Positions 1-13,000 of a stretch of DNA of 64,000 nt are shown here, piece after piece. Position 1 is the first letter of the stretch, and every line of letters begins with the position of its first letter. The DNA is taken from NCBI RefSeq assembly GCF_003918875.1, contig NW_025767126.1:186001-250000 (forward strand), given 5' to 3'. The stretch is from Haliotis rubra (Eukaryota). Position numbers and translations under genes: made by a program. The notes beneath the pieces were generated by a model, which made no database searches, had not been told where the DNA came from, and saw only the letters and a program-made list of their open reading frames with translations.

Positions 1-48
1 ATCTTCGCTATGCCCCGCCCCCTTGGATACCCACGCTTTCTAACAAAA

Positions 49-3000
49 ATGGCCGCCGCCGAGCAAAGCAATTGTCTCGCATGCATTCCTGAAAACTTTT
101 CTGTGTCCTTTTTACCGATTGCTGATCAAATATCGACTAAGAGCATGCAAAAGGGACTTAATTATTACCAGCAAGGCTACATTCATGAGGTGACAAGTGT
201 TGGCCATCACTCAGAAAAAACAACTCGCCTCGTCGACTGTCACTTGACCTTGATGTGATCCGAATCAAAAATGCTTATTGCTCTTGTAAAGCTGGGTAAG
301 TTGCTATTTTCGGAGATGATTTTATACCTGTTACGAAAATGTGTGCGTACGATTCTAATTTATTGTGATGCATAGTGCAGCCAATCTTGAAAGGGTCTAG
401 AACGTAGAGGCCAAACTTGTCAATGTCAAAATACCGTTTGGTTTTAATTATTGTGAGAGGCCCTAAATCAAATGTTGTTTATGAAGTTTTTAGTCATTTC
501 TAATAATAAAATTGTCAAAGTGAATTAATGCACATATACCACAATTTTGGTCCTAAATTTTCCCAATAAATCCATGCTTGAAGAAAATCTTAAATATTAG
601 GTTAGAACATTTGTATGATCACGGCATTATCTATTTTTTAGAACCAGTCTACTGAGTATCAAGTAAACAAGGTAAACTATAAAATCTACTCATAATCTGC
701 TAAATAAATTAGTTCTTTGTGTTTTCATCTAGATTAGGGGAAGTCTATATCTGATCAAGACATTGCAGGGATTCAAGCTCCACAACTTCAAAGAAATTCC
801 ATCTGATTTGAGTTCCACATCCATGCCACAACAATGGAACAAGCCAAGGGGAGACAAAATCTTGCCAGTGCCTATCAGCCAGGTTGTGGTTGCTAGACCA
901 ACTGAGCAACGCAAGCGGAAGCCAATACAATGCCACACCGACATGAATTACAAGAATAGTTTTATTATTTCATCAGACATTTTGCTAAAATTGATAATTC
1001 AAGATATCCATGAAACATTTGTACATTTTTACTTGATTACAAGTTAAGAATGATAACTGCCCTTATGTAACAGAATGAAGGAATTCTCTATTCATGATAG
1101 AAAATCTGCATTTTTAATGTTAAGTGCAATTCATATTACAAACACAACTGTAAGATGATTTTTTTGTATATGATCTGTATGTATGTCTGTGTATTTCAGG
1201 CTACCAAGGGTTGATATGGCAAGTCTTCAAACTCTACAGGGCACACCACTCCTGCATAGAACAGCACAACATGATTTGCCTTCGGTGCAAACTCCTATGG
1301 GAGATGTGCCAATTGGTTCTGCACTATCTTATCAGGTATATATCTAGATATCTATGTCAAAGAGGTGCAACTAACTTAAAAACATTTCAGAAGAGTTTGA
1401 AATTTAGTTTTATTACGAGTTGCTGTATACAGTAGTAGCTTGACCTCATTGAACAACTTAGATATGCACCATTACTTAACAAAAACATCCTGAAATAATG
1501 TCAGGTGGCAACAAACAGACCAAATCTTGTTTATCCTTGAGAATAGAGATGTTGGAATACAATTTGACAATAATTTATATTGTTTCACCTTGTTAATAAG
1601 TCTCTCAATGTGAACTCTGTGCTTTGCCACTATTTCTGTACATGAATTTTCTCCCATGTTGAATTGTTTTCCTGTCTTTCCTTTTGGAGGTATATTCAGC
1701 TTCAAACCTACTTTTTCAACTTCATTCTTGATAGAAAAACCTTTGTCAACCATGATGCCATCACCTTCATTAATGTGTCCAATTTCTTTCATTGACTTAA
1801 TGACATCATAAAACCCAGACTGTTCAGTGATTGCTTTATCAGATATTGAACCAGTAAATAGTTCTGAAACAAACATTAAGCTTCCATTTGGATCACATCC
1901 AATCAAACCCTTAAGAGTAGAAGAGGACTTGTAATCACTGTAGACTTGACTTTGCAAACTTACAGCACATGGGGTCTGTGTTTTGACTTCTGTCCCATCA
2001 ATGATAATTAATGTTGTTGGATAGTCTCTACGATATGTTTCAGGCATATGTTGTATTATATCATCCCTGTGTGGCCATATTTGAATCTGCCCTAGCTTGA
2101 AATATAACAGATCAAGCCATGTGTTTAAAATGATACCTGCTGACTGAGGACTTAGTCCAAAGCGAACTGCAATGTCTTTAAGTCCAAACCCATGCCTTAA
2201 TCGACAGAGAGTAAGCAATAATGCATCCTGAGGTTTAAGTCTCTTGATGTCTTTTCTCCCTGATGAATAATCAATGTCCTCTCCTTGGGGTAGCAGAAAT
2301 GTTAGTAGTGTGAGAAATCTCACATATGTAACACCTGTATAGTGTTTGAATAAGTTTTTGACTTTTTTACCCCTGGTGATCACAACATTTATGGAAAATA
2401 ATGATGATTGTTGAAGCTCTCTCTGTAATTCCTGAATTGTCTTCTCATATGATGCCACTCTGATGTTCAACTCTCTTATTTCTCTTGACTTGTCTTGTAA
2501 TTGTTGCTTCAAATCATGTTTTTCTGCTGCCAGAGCTAGTATGTCCATTGCTGATATCCCTGAAACGACAAAATATTTGAAATGATTTATTTATAATTTC
2601 AGATCAAACATATCAAGAATGCAACACCAACTACACACATATGTGGGAACACCAGTGTTATCTTGCCACCACCAGTGAAGCTTCCCCAGGAATTTGCTCA
2701 TCTAAATGATGAAGATACAATCTGTAAGGATCCCAAATCTCTTGAAATGAAAACACAGAGTCAGTCAAATGAACTCTGGTTTGATGAACGCGGGAAACGT
2801 CTAACTGCATCAAGTTTTGGAAAGGTTTTGTCCAGAAAAAAAGACCAAATCATGGCTTCTTGAACTCTATTTTCACTAGAAGAAATATACAAGCACAATC
2901 ACTAGAATAATGGGAAGAAACATGAAAAAGATGCTAAGGCAAGGTACCATCAGAAATATCCAGACAGACATTTTCATGAATGCGGGTTTGTTGTAAACAA

Positions 3001-3288
3001 TGAGTTTTCATTTTTGGGAGCAACACCTGATGGCAAGGTTTGTGACAATGGTGAAAGTGGGATTGTTGAGATCAAATGTCCCTACTCAGCACGCAACATG
3101 ACCATTGACAATGCTTGTGAAGCTTTAGACGTTTTCCTTAAAAAGGAAAATGGTGTAATTTCTTTGAAAAGATCTCACCATCACTACGCACAAGTACAAG
3201 GTCAGTTGATGGTTACTGGGTGCAGTTTTTGTGAATTTATTGTGTTCACTCAACTGGACATGCATGTGGAGAGAATAACTCCAGATAT
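49..3288 (+). pseudogene. SWIM zinc finger + YqaJ-like (lambda exonuclease-family) nuclease gene of the element, frameshifted and truncated
   Basis: Exons ~49-295 (..NAYCSCKAG|gtaag), ~733-955 (SSTSMPQQWNKPRG), ~1200-1335 (PIGSALSYQ|gt), 2603-3288 (WFDERGKRLTASSFG, GATPDG, VEIKCPY, YAQVQGQL..CEFIV); frameshifts near 200-260 and 2840-2910. Confidence 0.75.
1472..2548 (-). CDS. Harbinger/ISL2EU DDE transposase, intact 358-aa exon
   Basis: HTH region (LLLTLCRLRHG..DIAVRFGLS), catalytic motifs IIIDGTE, YSDYKSSSTLKGLIG, GSISD, MVDKGF, RVHIERL; splice acceptor tttgtcgtttcag at ~2561 implies a lost upstream exon. Confidence 0.85.
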   Translation of the reverse strand: MDILALAAEKHDLKQQLQDKSREIRELNIRVASYEKTIQELQRELQQSSLFSINVVITRGKKVKNLFKHYTGVTYVRFLTLLTFLLPQGEDIDYSSGRKDIKRLKPQDALLLTLCRLRHGFGLKDIAVRFGLSPQSAGIILNTWLDLLYFKLGQIQIWPHRDDIIQHMPETYRRDYPTTLIIIDGTEVKTQTPCAVSLQSQVYSDYKSSSTLKGLIGCDPNGSLMFVSELFTGSISDKAITEQSGFYDVIKSMKEIGHINEGDGIMVDKGFSIKNEVEKVGLKLNIPPKGKTGKQFNMGENSCTEIVAKHRVHIERLINKVKQYKLLSNCIPTSLFSRINKIWSVCCHLTLFQDVFVK

Positions 3289-3601
3289 TGGTGAACCAAC
3301 TGCAAACCTTATGCACATAAATTGCACGAGGATCATGCATCGAATTGCCGAAAAGCATGTGCAAATATCGTGCATATGAACAGCTGCGTTTTGGTGTAAA
3401 GTTTTGTTAAAAGTTCGCCAATTTTCACTGATTTTTTATCATTTATTGAACTCATGACAATAATCTTTTCAACGTTACGTCAGTTCATGTGTAAACAGTA
3501 ACTTTAAACAGTAGGGAATATTTTGCAAAATTTAGTTTAGAACAGGTGCCTGAAGTAAGTGGCTATATTTACATTAGTGAGTCTAAACTTTTGATGGGTA
3601 G
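3289..3601. mobile_element. Truncated Tc1/mariner-type MITE (same family as 6347-6732, opposite orientation)
   Basis: Ends GAGTCTAAACTTTTGATGGGTAG followed by TA; 3289-3479 is the reverse complement of ~6449-6637. Confidence 0.75.
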
Positions 3602-4149
3602 TATATATAAGATAGACCACATTTATCAAGTATGCCTTTTATATATCTGGTCCAGATATCATATTCGTTTTCTCTAGTGCCTTGGATAAGTGCATAATTA
3701 TAAATCAATTTTGACAGTTTTGGAGTAGTAAGAAGTAAGTGGCTATATTTACACTAGAGAGTCTTTTGAAAGGAAGTATATAGTCCTCAGTTTAGAACAT
3801 TCTTCGATCAGTTGGCCCATGGGAAGGCTCCCAATTTGTTTGAGCGTAGGTTCGGTAGGCCCGAGTCTAGATGAAAGGTTCCCACAGTAACATTTTGTAA
3901 ACATTTGGGCTGCAACTAACTTAAAAAACTCGCATTTGGTTCCATATGCGAACTATGTTATCTGTTACATGGAAGTACAGATAAAGTATTGTTCGACGTG
4001 GAGCAAGAGGCATTTAGTCTGATCATCCCTAAAGATGGAAAAAGCGTTAAAGTCTGGTAATATGTGTTATCGTCGCCGCACACGACTGCAAATTCTAATC
4101 TCTTATCGGTAGTAACTATCGAGGTCAGCTGTTACATATTCTGCCATCG

Positions 4150-7100
4150 GCAAATTGATTGTACTTTTGTCATATTTCAAACACAGAGCCACTATGCAAA
4201 GCTGATTCAAGCTGACTGGGAATATGGCAAAAACCTGTTAACGGCGGTGTGCCTGTTTCAACCTCCGAATTCTTTATCAATGCATACTTAGGACGTTCAG
4301 CATTTTCAGTTAACACATGGTTTTCCAAAATGTACTTAACGACTATACTACGCATTGCTGGGTAAGGATAAGTTATGAACTTAAGAAATTTCAAATTTGA
4401 CGTATATAAGAGTGGACTGGAGTAATTATCAACATTGTACGTCAGTGGTTTATCGAAGTTCATCAACCTTCCTCTGGGTTTCGAGCTCACTTACAATTTG
4501 TTGGCAAAGGACTTTTACCACGTTTAGAAGGGCCAGTAAATGGCTCAGAGTTATGGTGATTGGTGATAGTTGACCTAGTGCCACAGAAGCGGATCCGGTG
4601 GTGGGGTGGGGTGGGGATGCCCCAGACATGCTCGATGGGCGAAAGCTGAGTAAGGCTGACCATTGAATACTCTTAATTACAAAACAAGTCTTCATAAAGC
4701 TGAGTACCGCCGATGTTCTAAAGCAGCATAAAAGCATATCAAGCAATAAAAATGAATTTTGTAAATTGATTAGAGAAAAACAAAAGCATAAGCCTAAAGA
4801 GTTTTGGAATATGCTTACAAAGAGTAAAAGAAATATATCTTGTGATGCACCTGATATTCATAATTTTTTTAACATTTTAAAGATATAAATGGGAAACAGA
4901 TTTCAGATTACCCCGAATAGACCGCCGAATCATCGAGAAAGGCTACGATGACTACATGCTTAATAAAGATATATCATTTGAAGAAAAAGCTTTTGCAATT
5001 AAAAATCTTAAACACAATAAAGCCTTTGGAACCGATCAAATTGAAAATGACTATCTTATAGATTCATTTGATCTACTTGGTGCTACATATGTTGAATACT
5101 TTAATTTGATTTTATCATCGGGAATATTACCGGAAGTATGGTTGACGGGCTTTTTCAGACCCATCTAGAAAGGAAACCGACCAATTACGATACTCAGATG
5201 TTTCGGTAAACTGTTCACACGTATACTGAATAACAGACTTTACACTTTTCTTGAAATAAATAATATATGAACCCCTGCCTTAACATCTTTGTATATGTTT
5301 AAACCAATTATTAAAAACTAGTAAAAGAAAACTGTTCTGTGCTTTTATTGACTTTTCGAAAGCGTTTGATAATGTATGGAGAGTTGGGCTCTTGCACAAG
5401 CTACTCAACAGTGGAATTAATGGCAGATTAATATCAATCTTGTGTACTATGAAACAATAATATGTCGGATTACTTACCATGCTACGCTGGCGTACACCAA
5501 GGTGAAAACCTGTCCCCTCTTTTGTTCTGTTTATTCATAAATGAACTGGACGATTTCCTTATTAATGATGGATGTACATCTGTGAGTCTTCGTAACTTCC
5601 CAGATATTGATATGAACCTATGTATTTCATTTACGATACTACCTTATGCAGATGACACAGTCCATTTTGCCGCAACAGCTCCTGAACTTCAACGTACTCT
5701 TAACTCATTCCATACATATTGTAACATGTGGCATCTGGAAGTAAACCTAGATAAAACAAAGGTATTTATATTTGGGAGCTGTCCAGCAAAATACTCTAAG
5801 CTAAATTTCCATTATGGAAATACTTTGATTGACATTGTAGATGATTACATTTATCTTGAAGTGAGTTTCAGCAGAAACAGAAAATTCAATAAAGCAATAA
5901 AACAACTTTCAGAAAGCGCCTCTAAAGCTACGTTTTGCCTTTTGAAAATAATCAAGAAACTTTAATACACCTATAGATTGTTTACTGAAAGCATTTGATG
6001 TAATGATTTCACCGATCTTGCTTTATGGTTGCGAAACATGGGCATATGAAAATTTACAAGTTATTGAGAAGACTCATTTGAAACTTCCTAAATTAGCCAT
6101 TGGTTTACACAACTCTACCCTAAATTAAATGGAATATGGAGAGCTAGGGAGGGTTCCCCTTTATATATTAGCCGCTAAAAGGGTAATCTGTTACTGGTAT
6201 AAGCTACATTCTATTGGAACTACTCCAAAACTGTCAAAATTGATTTATAATTATACACTTATCCAAGGCACTAGAGAAAACGAATATGACATTTGGACCA
6301 GATATATAAAAGGCATACTTGATAAATGTGGTCTATCTTATATATACTACCCATCAAAAGTTTAGACTCTCTAGTGTAAATGTAGCCGCTTACTTCAGTC
6401 TACTTTCAGTAAAGGTACTCTTTACATTGATGTATTGTAAAACAAATTCGTAACGTTGAAAAGATTATTGTCATGAGTTCAATAAATGATGAAACTCAGT
6501 GAAAATTGGTGAATTCTTAACAACACTTTACACCTAAACGCAGCTGTTCACATGGACGATATTTGCACGTGCTTTTCAGCAATTTGATGCATGATCCTCA
6601 TGCAATTCATGTGCATACGGTTTGCAGTTGGTTCCCCCAAGTTTTGGGGAGAAATTCATCTTCGATGTAACCACATATATATACATAACATATAGTGAGT
6701 GCTTTAAGTGAGTCTAAACTTTTGATGGGTAGTATATTTCATAACCCCGTAAATGTTTCATGACAGTGGTTACCTTCTCAGGTAGAAACAATCCTGAAAG
6801 ATCAATTTTACCAAAGTTGGAAAGTTGAGATAGGAAATAGCCCTAAAGGTTTCTGTTACAAATACAGTAAAAATCTCCCGATTTTAGAAAATTATCTCCT
6901 CCTGTCGGCTTATGTACATTTACCAATTTTAAAATACAGAACCATTTAACCATAACCTACCTGTTGAAGTTGGCCGTTGGCATGGCATTGATCGTGAAAA
7001 TAGAACCTGCAATCTCTGTAAATCACCTGCTGTAGCAGATGAATTTCATTATTTATTTAAATGCCAAGCTTTTATTGAACAAAGAAAGAAACACATTCCC

Positions 7101-7260
7101 ATGTAATACTTACCTTTCCCTAATCTAATGACCTATAAAAACCTATTTCTGAAGCCAAACCTTGCACAATCACAAATTTAGCAAAATGCCTAAACGTAGT
7201 TGATAAAAGTGTGAAAAAGACTAAATGATTATATTATAAACTGTAACTATGTTGCATGTA
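4150..7260 (+). mobile_element. Decayed non-LTR retrotransposon ORF2 (RTE-X/CR1-group-like)
   Basis: Endonuclease remnant (YGKNLL..CFNLRIL), PKEFWN, CAFIDFSKAFD, GVHQGENLSPLLF, YADD, YGELGRVPL, C-terminal LPVEVGRW..RENRTCNLC..DEFHYLFKC; many stops and frameshifts. Clade assignment uncertain. Confidence 0.8.
6347..6732. mobile_element. Tc1/mariner-type MITE inserted in the LINE
   Basis: TIRs CTACCCATCAAAAGTTTAGACTC / GAGTCTAAACTTTTGATGGGTAG with TA TSD; removing it restores the LINE frame GLSYIFHNP. Confidence 0.85.
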
Positions 7261-7364
7261 TATTGTAAAATTATAATTGTACTTTCTGCCATCTTGCCTT
7301 TATGTAGATATATTGAAAATGTTTAATCGTGTACCACCAAGAGTGGGTTTTTTTAGAATAAAAG

Positions 7365-8538
7365 AGTCTGAGTTTGGTGATATTCTGCTGTTGGAGGTAT
7401 TCAGTGACAATCCTAGCCCTGTGACATCTGGCGTTGTCATCTTGGAAGATGAAACGGCGGCCATGGCGTGGAGCAAATGTCACAACGTGGGCTGCCAGGA
7501 TGTTGTCCTGGTAGTACTTGACCTGTGACACGTCCAGTAACAACATGTAAGTCCGTTCTTCCAGACGCAGTGATGCCACCTCACACCATTACAGACCCAC
7601 CTCCAAAATGATCATGCCTTATGACGTTGACATCGTGGAAACGTTCGTTACGTCTACGCCAAACCCTGTTACCTCTATCACTGACTGACTGACTGAGTAT
7701 AGTTTTACGCCGCTTTTAGCAATATTCCAGCAATATCACGTCGGGGGACACCAGAAATGGACTTCACACATTGTGCCTATGTGGGGACTCGAACCCAGGT
7801 CTTCGGCGTGACGAGCCAACGCTTTAACCACTAGGCTACCCCACCGCCCCGTTACGTCTATCAACGAGTCTAACACGAATCTGGACTCATCAGAGAACAT
7901 TACATTGTTCCAACGTCGATAAACACCAAAGACGTCTTAGCCCAATGTGGCCATCTCTCAAGCAGGGGATGACACGAGGACGCCGTGCGTGTAACTGACC
8001 ACTGTGCAGTCGATTTCTGATGGTCTGGTCACCCACTCTAACACCAGCACCTGTTTGCAGTCGATCTCTAATCTGATTGGCTGTTATGACACGATTTCTT
8101 AAGGCTGCAGTACGGATAAATCTATCCTGAGCCCTAGTTGTCGCCCTTGGTGTACCTGAGCGTTGTCTGTCGTTGTCGTTCAAACTGCGTACCACAAGGG
8201 TCTGTGTTGTGCCAACCTGTAGCATGCCAAGGGCACGTAATCTTTCATCTCGAGAAAGTCTGCGCATATCTTAAAGTTGTTAACAGAGTTCTAAAACAAC
8301 CAAATTGATGTTTGCACATTCCAATTTCCTCTGTTAATGACGAGAAACGTCACATCCAACATCGTGCAAATGTCAGGTTCAACCCCCATGATCATCACAG
8401 TTATCACGTGCATATTGTGGGCATGCCAGTGCTGTGTTTGGGCGATATTTTTACATAAAATGATTACTCTCAAAGGATAAATAATACTTTCCTTGATAAT
8501 GCATGTGAAATGGAATATCCCCTACTTTTGGGATAGTA
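7365..8538 (-). mobile_element. Tc1-like transposon remnant, interrupted by a SINE
   Basis: MRRLSRDERLRALGMLQ..RSGTPRATTRAQDR..TIRNRL, FSDESRF, GGGSVMV, FIFQDDNARCHRA; terminus-like sequence with TA near 8520-8540; 3' part lost. Confidence 0.85.
7681..7850 (-). mobile_element. tRNA-derived SINE (family 1, ~170 bp)
   Basis: A/B boxes (tagtggttaaag..ggttcgagtcc), (CAGT)n tail; 13-bp TSD gttac(c/g)tctatca. Confidence 0.85.
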
Positions 8539-10096
8539 TATGTTCTGTTCTTTTGCCCATTCTAATATCGACATTCCTTAACTACTTCTTTTATGACATT
8601 AGAAATATTTGCCTCAAATATACCGAGGTTGTCAATGACTTCATTAATGGCATATCTGTTTACTGAAATTTATACTCTGCGTGTGTTCAGAATCGATATA
8701 ATTTCCTGTACTATATGAGCTAATCGGACCCGACTGTCTTCTAATTTCTTAATATTTTGTCTGCATCAGAAACTACGCCAAACAGGAAACTTGGTGACTA
8801 AAATGTGCAAAGTTTACATTGACCCAAAGCGTTGAATTTAATCCTATTGCTTCGTACTTTAGAAAACATGCTTATCTTTAACTTGTCGGGATGATAGCGT
8901 TCCAGTAATTCCTGAAGAGTCATTATGACTTGTTCTGTGTTATTTTGGCACCTGGTTAGAACCTGCGCGTAAGGTGCTAAATCTATGACGAACGTGACTC
9001 ACCATTTAGACCAGCTGGTTGTCGTTGCTTCATTGAGTTTTTAAAAACAATATTTTCGACATATTCTGTGTGAGTCAAGTAACACAGTTCATTAACGCGG
9101 ACCTTGCATGGCCAAGGGCGTGTGACTCAGCAACTCACAAAGCTTACTGACCACGGCCGTGTCCCTTTGCTTCACCTCTTTCAGCTTTGTCTGTCTGGCT
9201 TTGGTGGTCTCGGAGTCACCGTGACTAGTTTGTGGGGATAGTTTGTTGTTGTTTTTGTCAAGTTACAGAGAAGAGCAGTATAAGAATGAGCATGTAATAG
9301 AGCTGATTCATACAGGTGAACGTCATTTAACTGAAAGTGCACATACTGAACCTTTGGATAAACGATGACGTGAGTGTGCGGGTATGGAGGGTCCCCAACT
9401 TGTGTTTGTTTTAGTTGTTTTGTTTTTGTTGGGGAATTTTTGTTTGTTTTTGTTTGTTTGTTTGTTTGGGGTTCTTTTGTTTTGGTTGGGTTTTTTGCTT
9501 CTTTTTTCGCTTTTTAGACTACATAAAATATTGAGTTGAAATCTTTGCCAATCTTCTGTGGAAGAATAATAGTACTATTCGTGGCATGAGAGAATTTCGT
9601 TTAACACCGTTTTGAACAGTATACCAGTTAAATAGCCCGAAGTGGTGTAGGTGTGGTCCTAGAATCAGGGCGAACCGGGAATCGACCCCACAATCATACG
9701 CTTCTGTCACGATTAAGGGACGCTACTCTCCATGGCGCATCGCGTAGCCTCAGATGCCTAAGCCACCCATGCGACCCGTAATCTTGATACTAACAGACTC
9801 TCACTATCAATCACAGTTTTGCGTGATCAACTTCCCCTGCTGTTTTATGGCTTTAATATTGCAGACTAAGACGACAGAAGCCGTGCTTTCAATGGTGTAC
9901 AAACGCGGCTTAAACTGTTGTCGCATTAAATATATCAGATGTGACAGAATTTATAGGTCAACAAACTTACAAAACTCTCAATATTTATTTCAGTTGATCT
10001 CATTGAAATATGCATTGTCTACGCAAATATGCAAACGATTATTTTTGAACTGCCTATAACTGTTTACACATTAGGGCTGGACTAGGCACTGATTGA

Positions 10097-13000
10097 TCAC
10101 AACGTGAGTGGAATCTGGCCTCCCTCCGTCTGGTCGACCTTGCCCTTCAGTGACAGAAGTCCTCGCATCTGATTGGCTGTTGAGTCACTGTTGGCGCCAT
10201 CAGCCTTCGCGTGCCAGGTCCATCCTCCAGCGTAGCCACTGGTGTACAGGTGTTTGAACTGGTCAACGATGTCCATCCCTGCCCCGGACACCTGGTTAAA
10301 CTCGGCTACCACCAACGGCTTCTTAAGTCCGTAGTCGGCGAAGACGTGCTGAAATCGAGTACTTTATGATTTGACCTTCTGACGACCACATGTTCCTATC
10401 TCCGTACACCAATGCCGTAATTGCATGTATCAGTGTAATGACCCACAGGTGATCTTAACGCTACCTGCACTGTCGTAAGTCTTGGTTAAATTATATACGA
10501 CTGTAGGTCTTAAATAGGATTATCGTTGTGTTAATATTACTCTTTGGAACAGGCTAGTGTAGTAGTCAAGTAGTCACACTAGACGCTTCAGTTTAATGTG
10601 GAAGAATTCTAAAGTGCATATCGTAAAGGTTTAGGCCATTGGTGAAACCTACGACAGGCGCGTAGGATGCCTTCTTTCGTGTAAGCCCGGTAGTTTGCAA
10701 AGCTTTATATTTAGATAGTATTGAGAGCTTGTCCAACCTTTTTTGCAACAATCATGTGTAAGCCCGGGCCTTTTTATAATGGTAGATACGCCCCTGTACG
10801 AGAAAGGATCATTATCAGTGATTCGAACCCTCAATCATCGGATCCTGTAACGACCAAGTTCCACCATACCATCATACCCAAAAAGCATACTTCTCTTTGT
10901 GTGACTTTGGACTCGACTGCATTCACAGCATATGGTTTCCAAGAGGTTCTAGATGTAAATTCGAACACCGGTACAAATATCTTAGCAATATCCTGTAATT
11001 CCGAGGAAGAGTGAATGTATGTAACTAATGAAGAGTTTCCGGTCAACAGGACTCACCTTAAAGGGAGAGAACTCGCTGTATTTCCCTTGCCATGAGTAGG
11101 TATGGCTCGAGTAAAACGTCAGCGTGCCCTGAAACCATAACACTGATGTAAACATGTAACTAAGGAATGGATGTTTTACGTATTCTTCATTTAAGTTACC
11201 CCTAACAAATATTTTTTATCAGCCTTCTCGCACTGTTGAACCTGGGATTCCAGGACAAACGATGTTGCGTGTAACCCTGTGCGGCTCTTAAAACCAGAAT
11301 ATGGCGTCTGTGAGTTCAAGGTCGTTCCTCATGCTATCAACCAATGCCTTGAGTATATTTCTGTTTGTTTACATGCTGCCAGGATATAATAGCTATGGAA
11401 TCTCCAAGAAAGGACATCGTCACGTTGTCGCAATGTCGCCCTTTTATAGAATAAAAAATATTATGACAAGCGACAAATGAGAAAGATGTAGCATTATCGC
11501 GCTTTGGTTAATTGTCACACTTTTTGCTTGCTTTTGGTAAAGACGACAACTCGACAATGTCCCTCCTAGGCTTCCGTAGTGTAATACATAGGGGTTAAAC
11601 TGATGCGAGTGTTGATGCCCAAAATAATTTTCTTGACATTAACCTGACCGAAACTTGAGTCAAGTCATTTGTACTTAATGATAGCCTGCCCTTGCATACA
11701 CAACCCAAAGACACGCGTGGATCTTTATCTAACAGACACGTAACTTAAACGACACTGTCGTGTGAGACACTGTCTATAACACTCCCAAAACAGTGTTTGC
11801 CAGTGGATTCGTTGTTAGAGGTTATTTGTCACCAAGCCGAGCACATCTGCACAAACGGATATTGTCAGGTACAAAGCGTAATACCAGTGCAATATTTCTG
11901 AAATTACCATCTTTTTGCCGCCAGCCTTTACAAGGCACTCGTCTTTGTACAAATTGAAGCCTCCCCATTTGTCGACGTTGTCCCTGGCCTCCCACGACCC
12001 TGCGGTGACGAGCGCCTGGGGGTCAACCTGTCTGATAGCATCCACCTGCCAGTTTATGAATCTGAAGAACAAAACGTGAATTGTGATTTTTAAGAACTGA
12101 CTCATTTCTGACTTACATTTTATTGCACGTATGGAGTAATAAAAAGTCATAATACACTTTGCATACATCCGCTACTGACTGACTGAGTATAGTTTTACGC
12201 CGCTTTTAGCAATATTCCAGCAATATCACGGCGGGGAACACTGGAAATGGGCTTCACACATTGTACCCATGTGGGGAATCGAACCCGGGCCTTCGGCGTG
12301 ACGAGCCAACGCTTTAACCACTACGCTACCCCACCGCCCCCACACATCCTACTGACTGACGGAACTTGACTAGCTTGTATGCAGGCCCTGCGTATAGCTG
12401 AAATATTACTGAATGTGTTCAACATCAAGCAAAACAGAAGTGGAAGAGTGAGCACCCGGTCCGTTGTAAGTCAGTTAACCTTTTCGAACGAACTGAAAAT
12501 CCTCGGTTGTTACAGTGAGTGGAACAGTCTTCTGTTTTGACAACAAAAGCGACACAAATCATTCTATAATTATCCGAAACCTCCATTAAAGCAGGGTCCA
12601 TTAAATTCCGACTATATTAGAAACACGTGTCTATGTATCACTATCAGATAGTAATGAATCCAGTGTACGCGAAAAGGCGACACCCGTCACAAACACCTGC
12701 AAAGGCGAGTCAATTGTTCGAAACCAGAGACCCGTTTCACAAAGCGACGGTTGCCCTACCGAAATTACGCAGTTTTACTCACTTGCTTGATAACGGTGTT
12801 ACAACCTACACCGAAACCTCGCTCTCACAGCAATATAGAAGTTGTTCATCCATATATTGCTATCCTTCCTTACTGCCCCAACTTCTAAATGCCTCTCAAA
12901 GAAGTTACTGAGACTGCTTTGTGAAATTATATCCTGTCTCATCCTGCATATCGTTGCCCTACGACTTCTTCATTGTAGACTTAGCTCTACTCCTGTCACT

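Larger units (their letters stand above)
1..3288. mobile_element. ISL2EU-type PIF/Harbinger DNA transposon (transposase + SWIM/YqaJ nuclease gene), truncated at right end
   Basis: DDE_Tnp_4-type transposase and YqaJ-like PD-(D/E)XK gene on opposite strands, the gene pair described for ISL2EU elements; cut at ~3289 by a MITE fragment. Confidence 0.75.

Noticed and set aside
3289-6637. ~190-bp inverted repeats as TIRs of a composite transposon carrying the LINE
   Set aside because: They are two opposite-orientation copies of one MITE; the second has its own TIRs and TA TSD, and the LINE continues past it.
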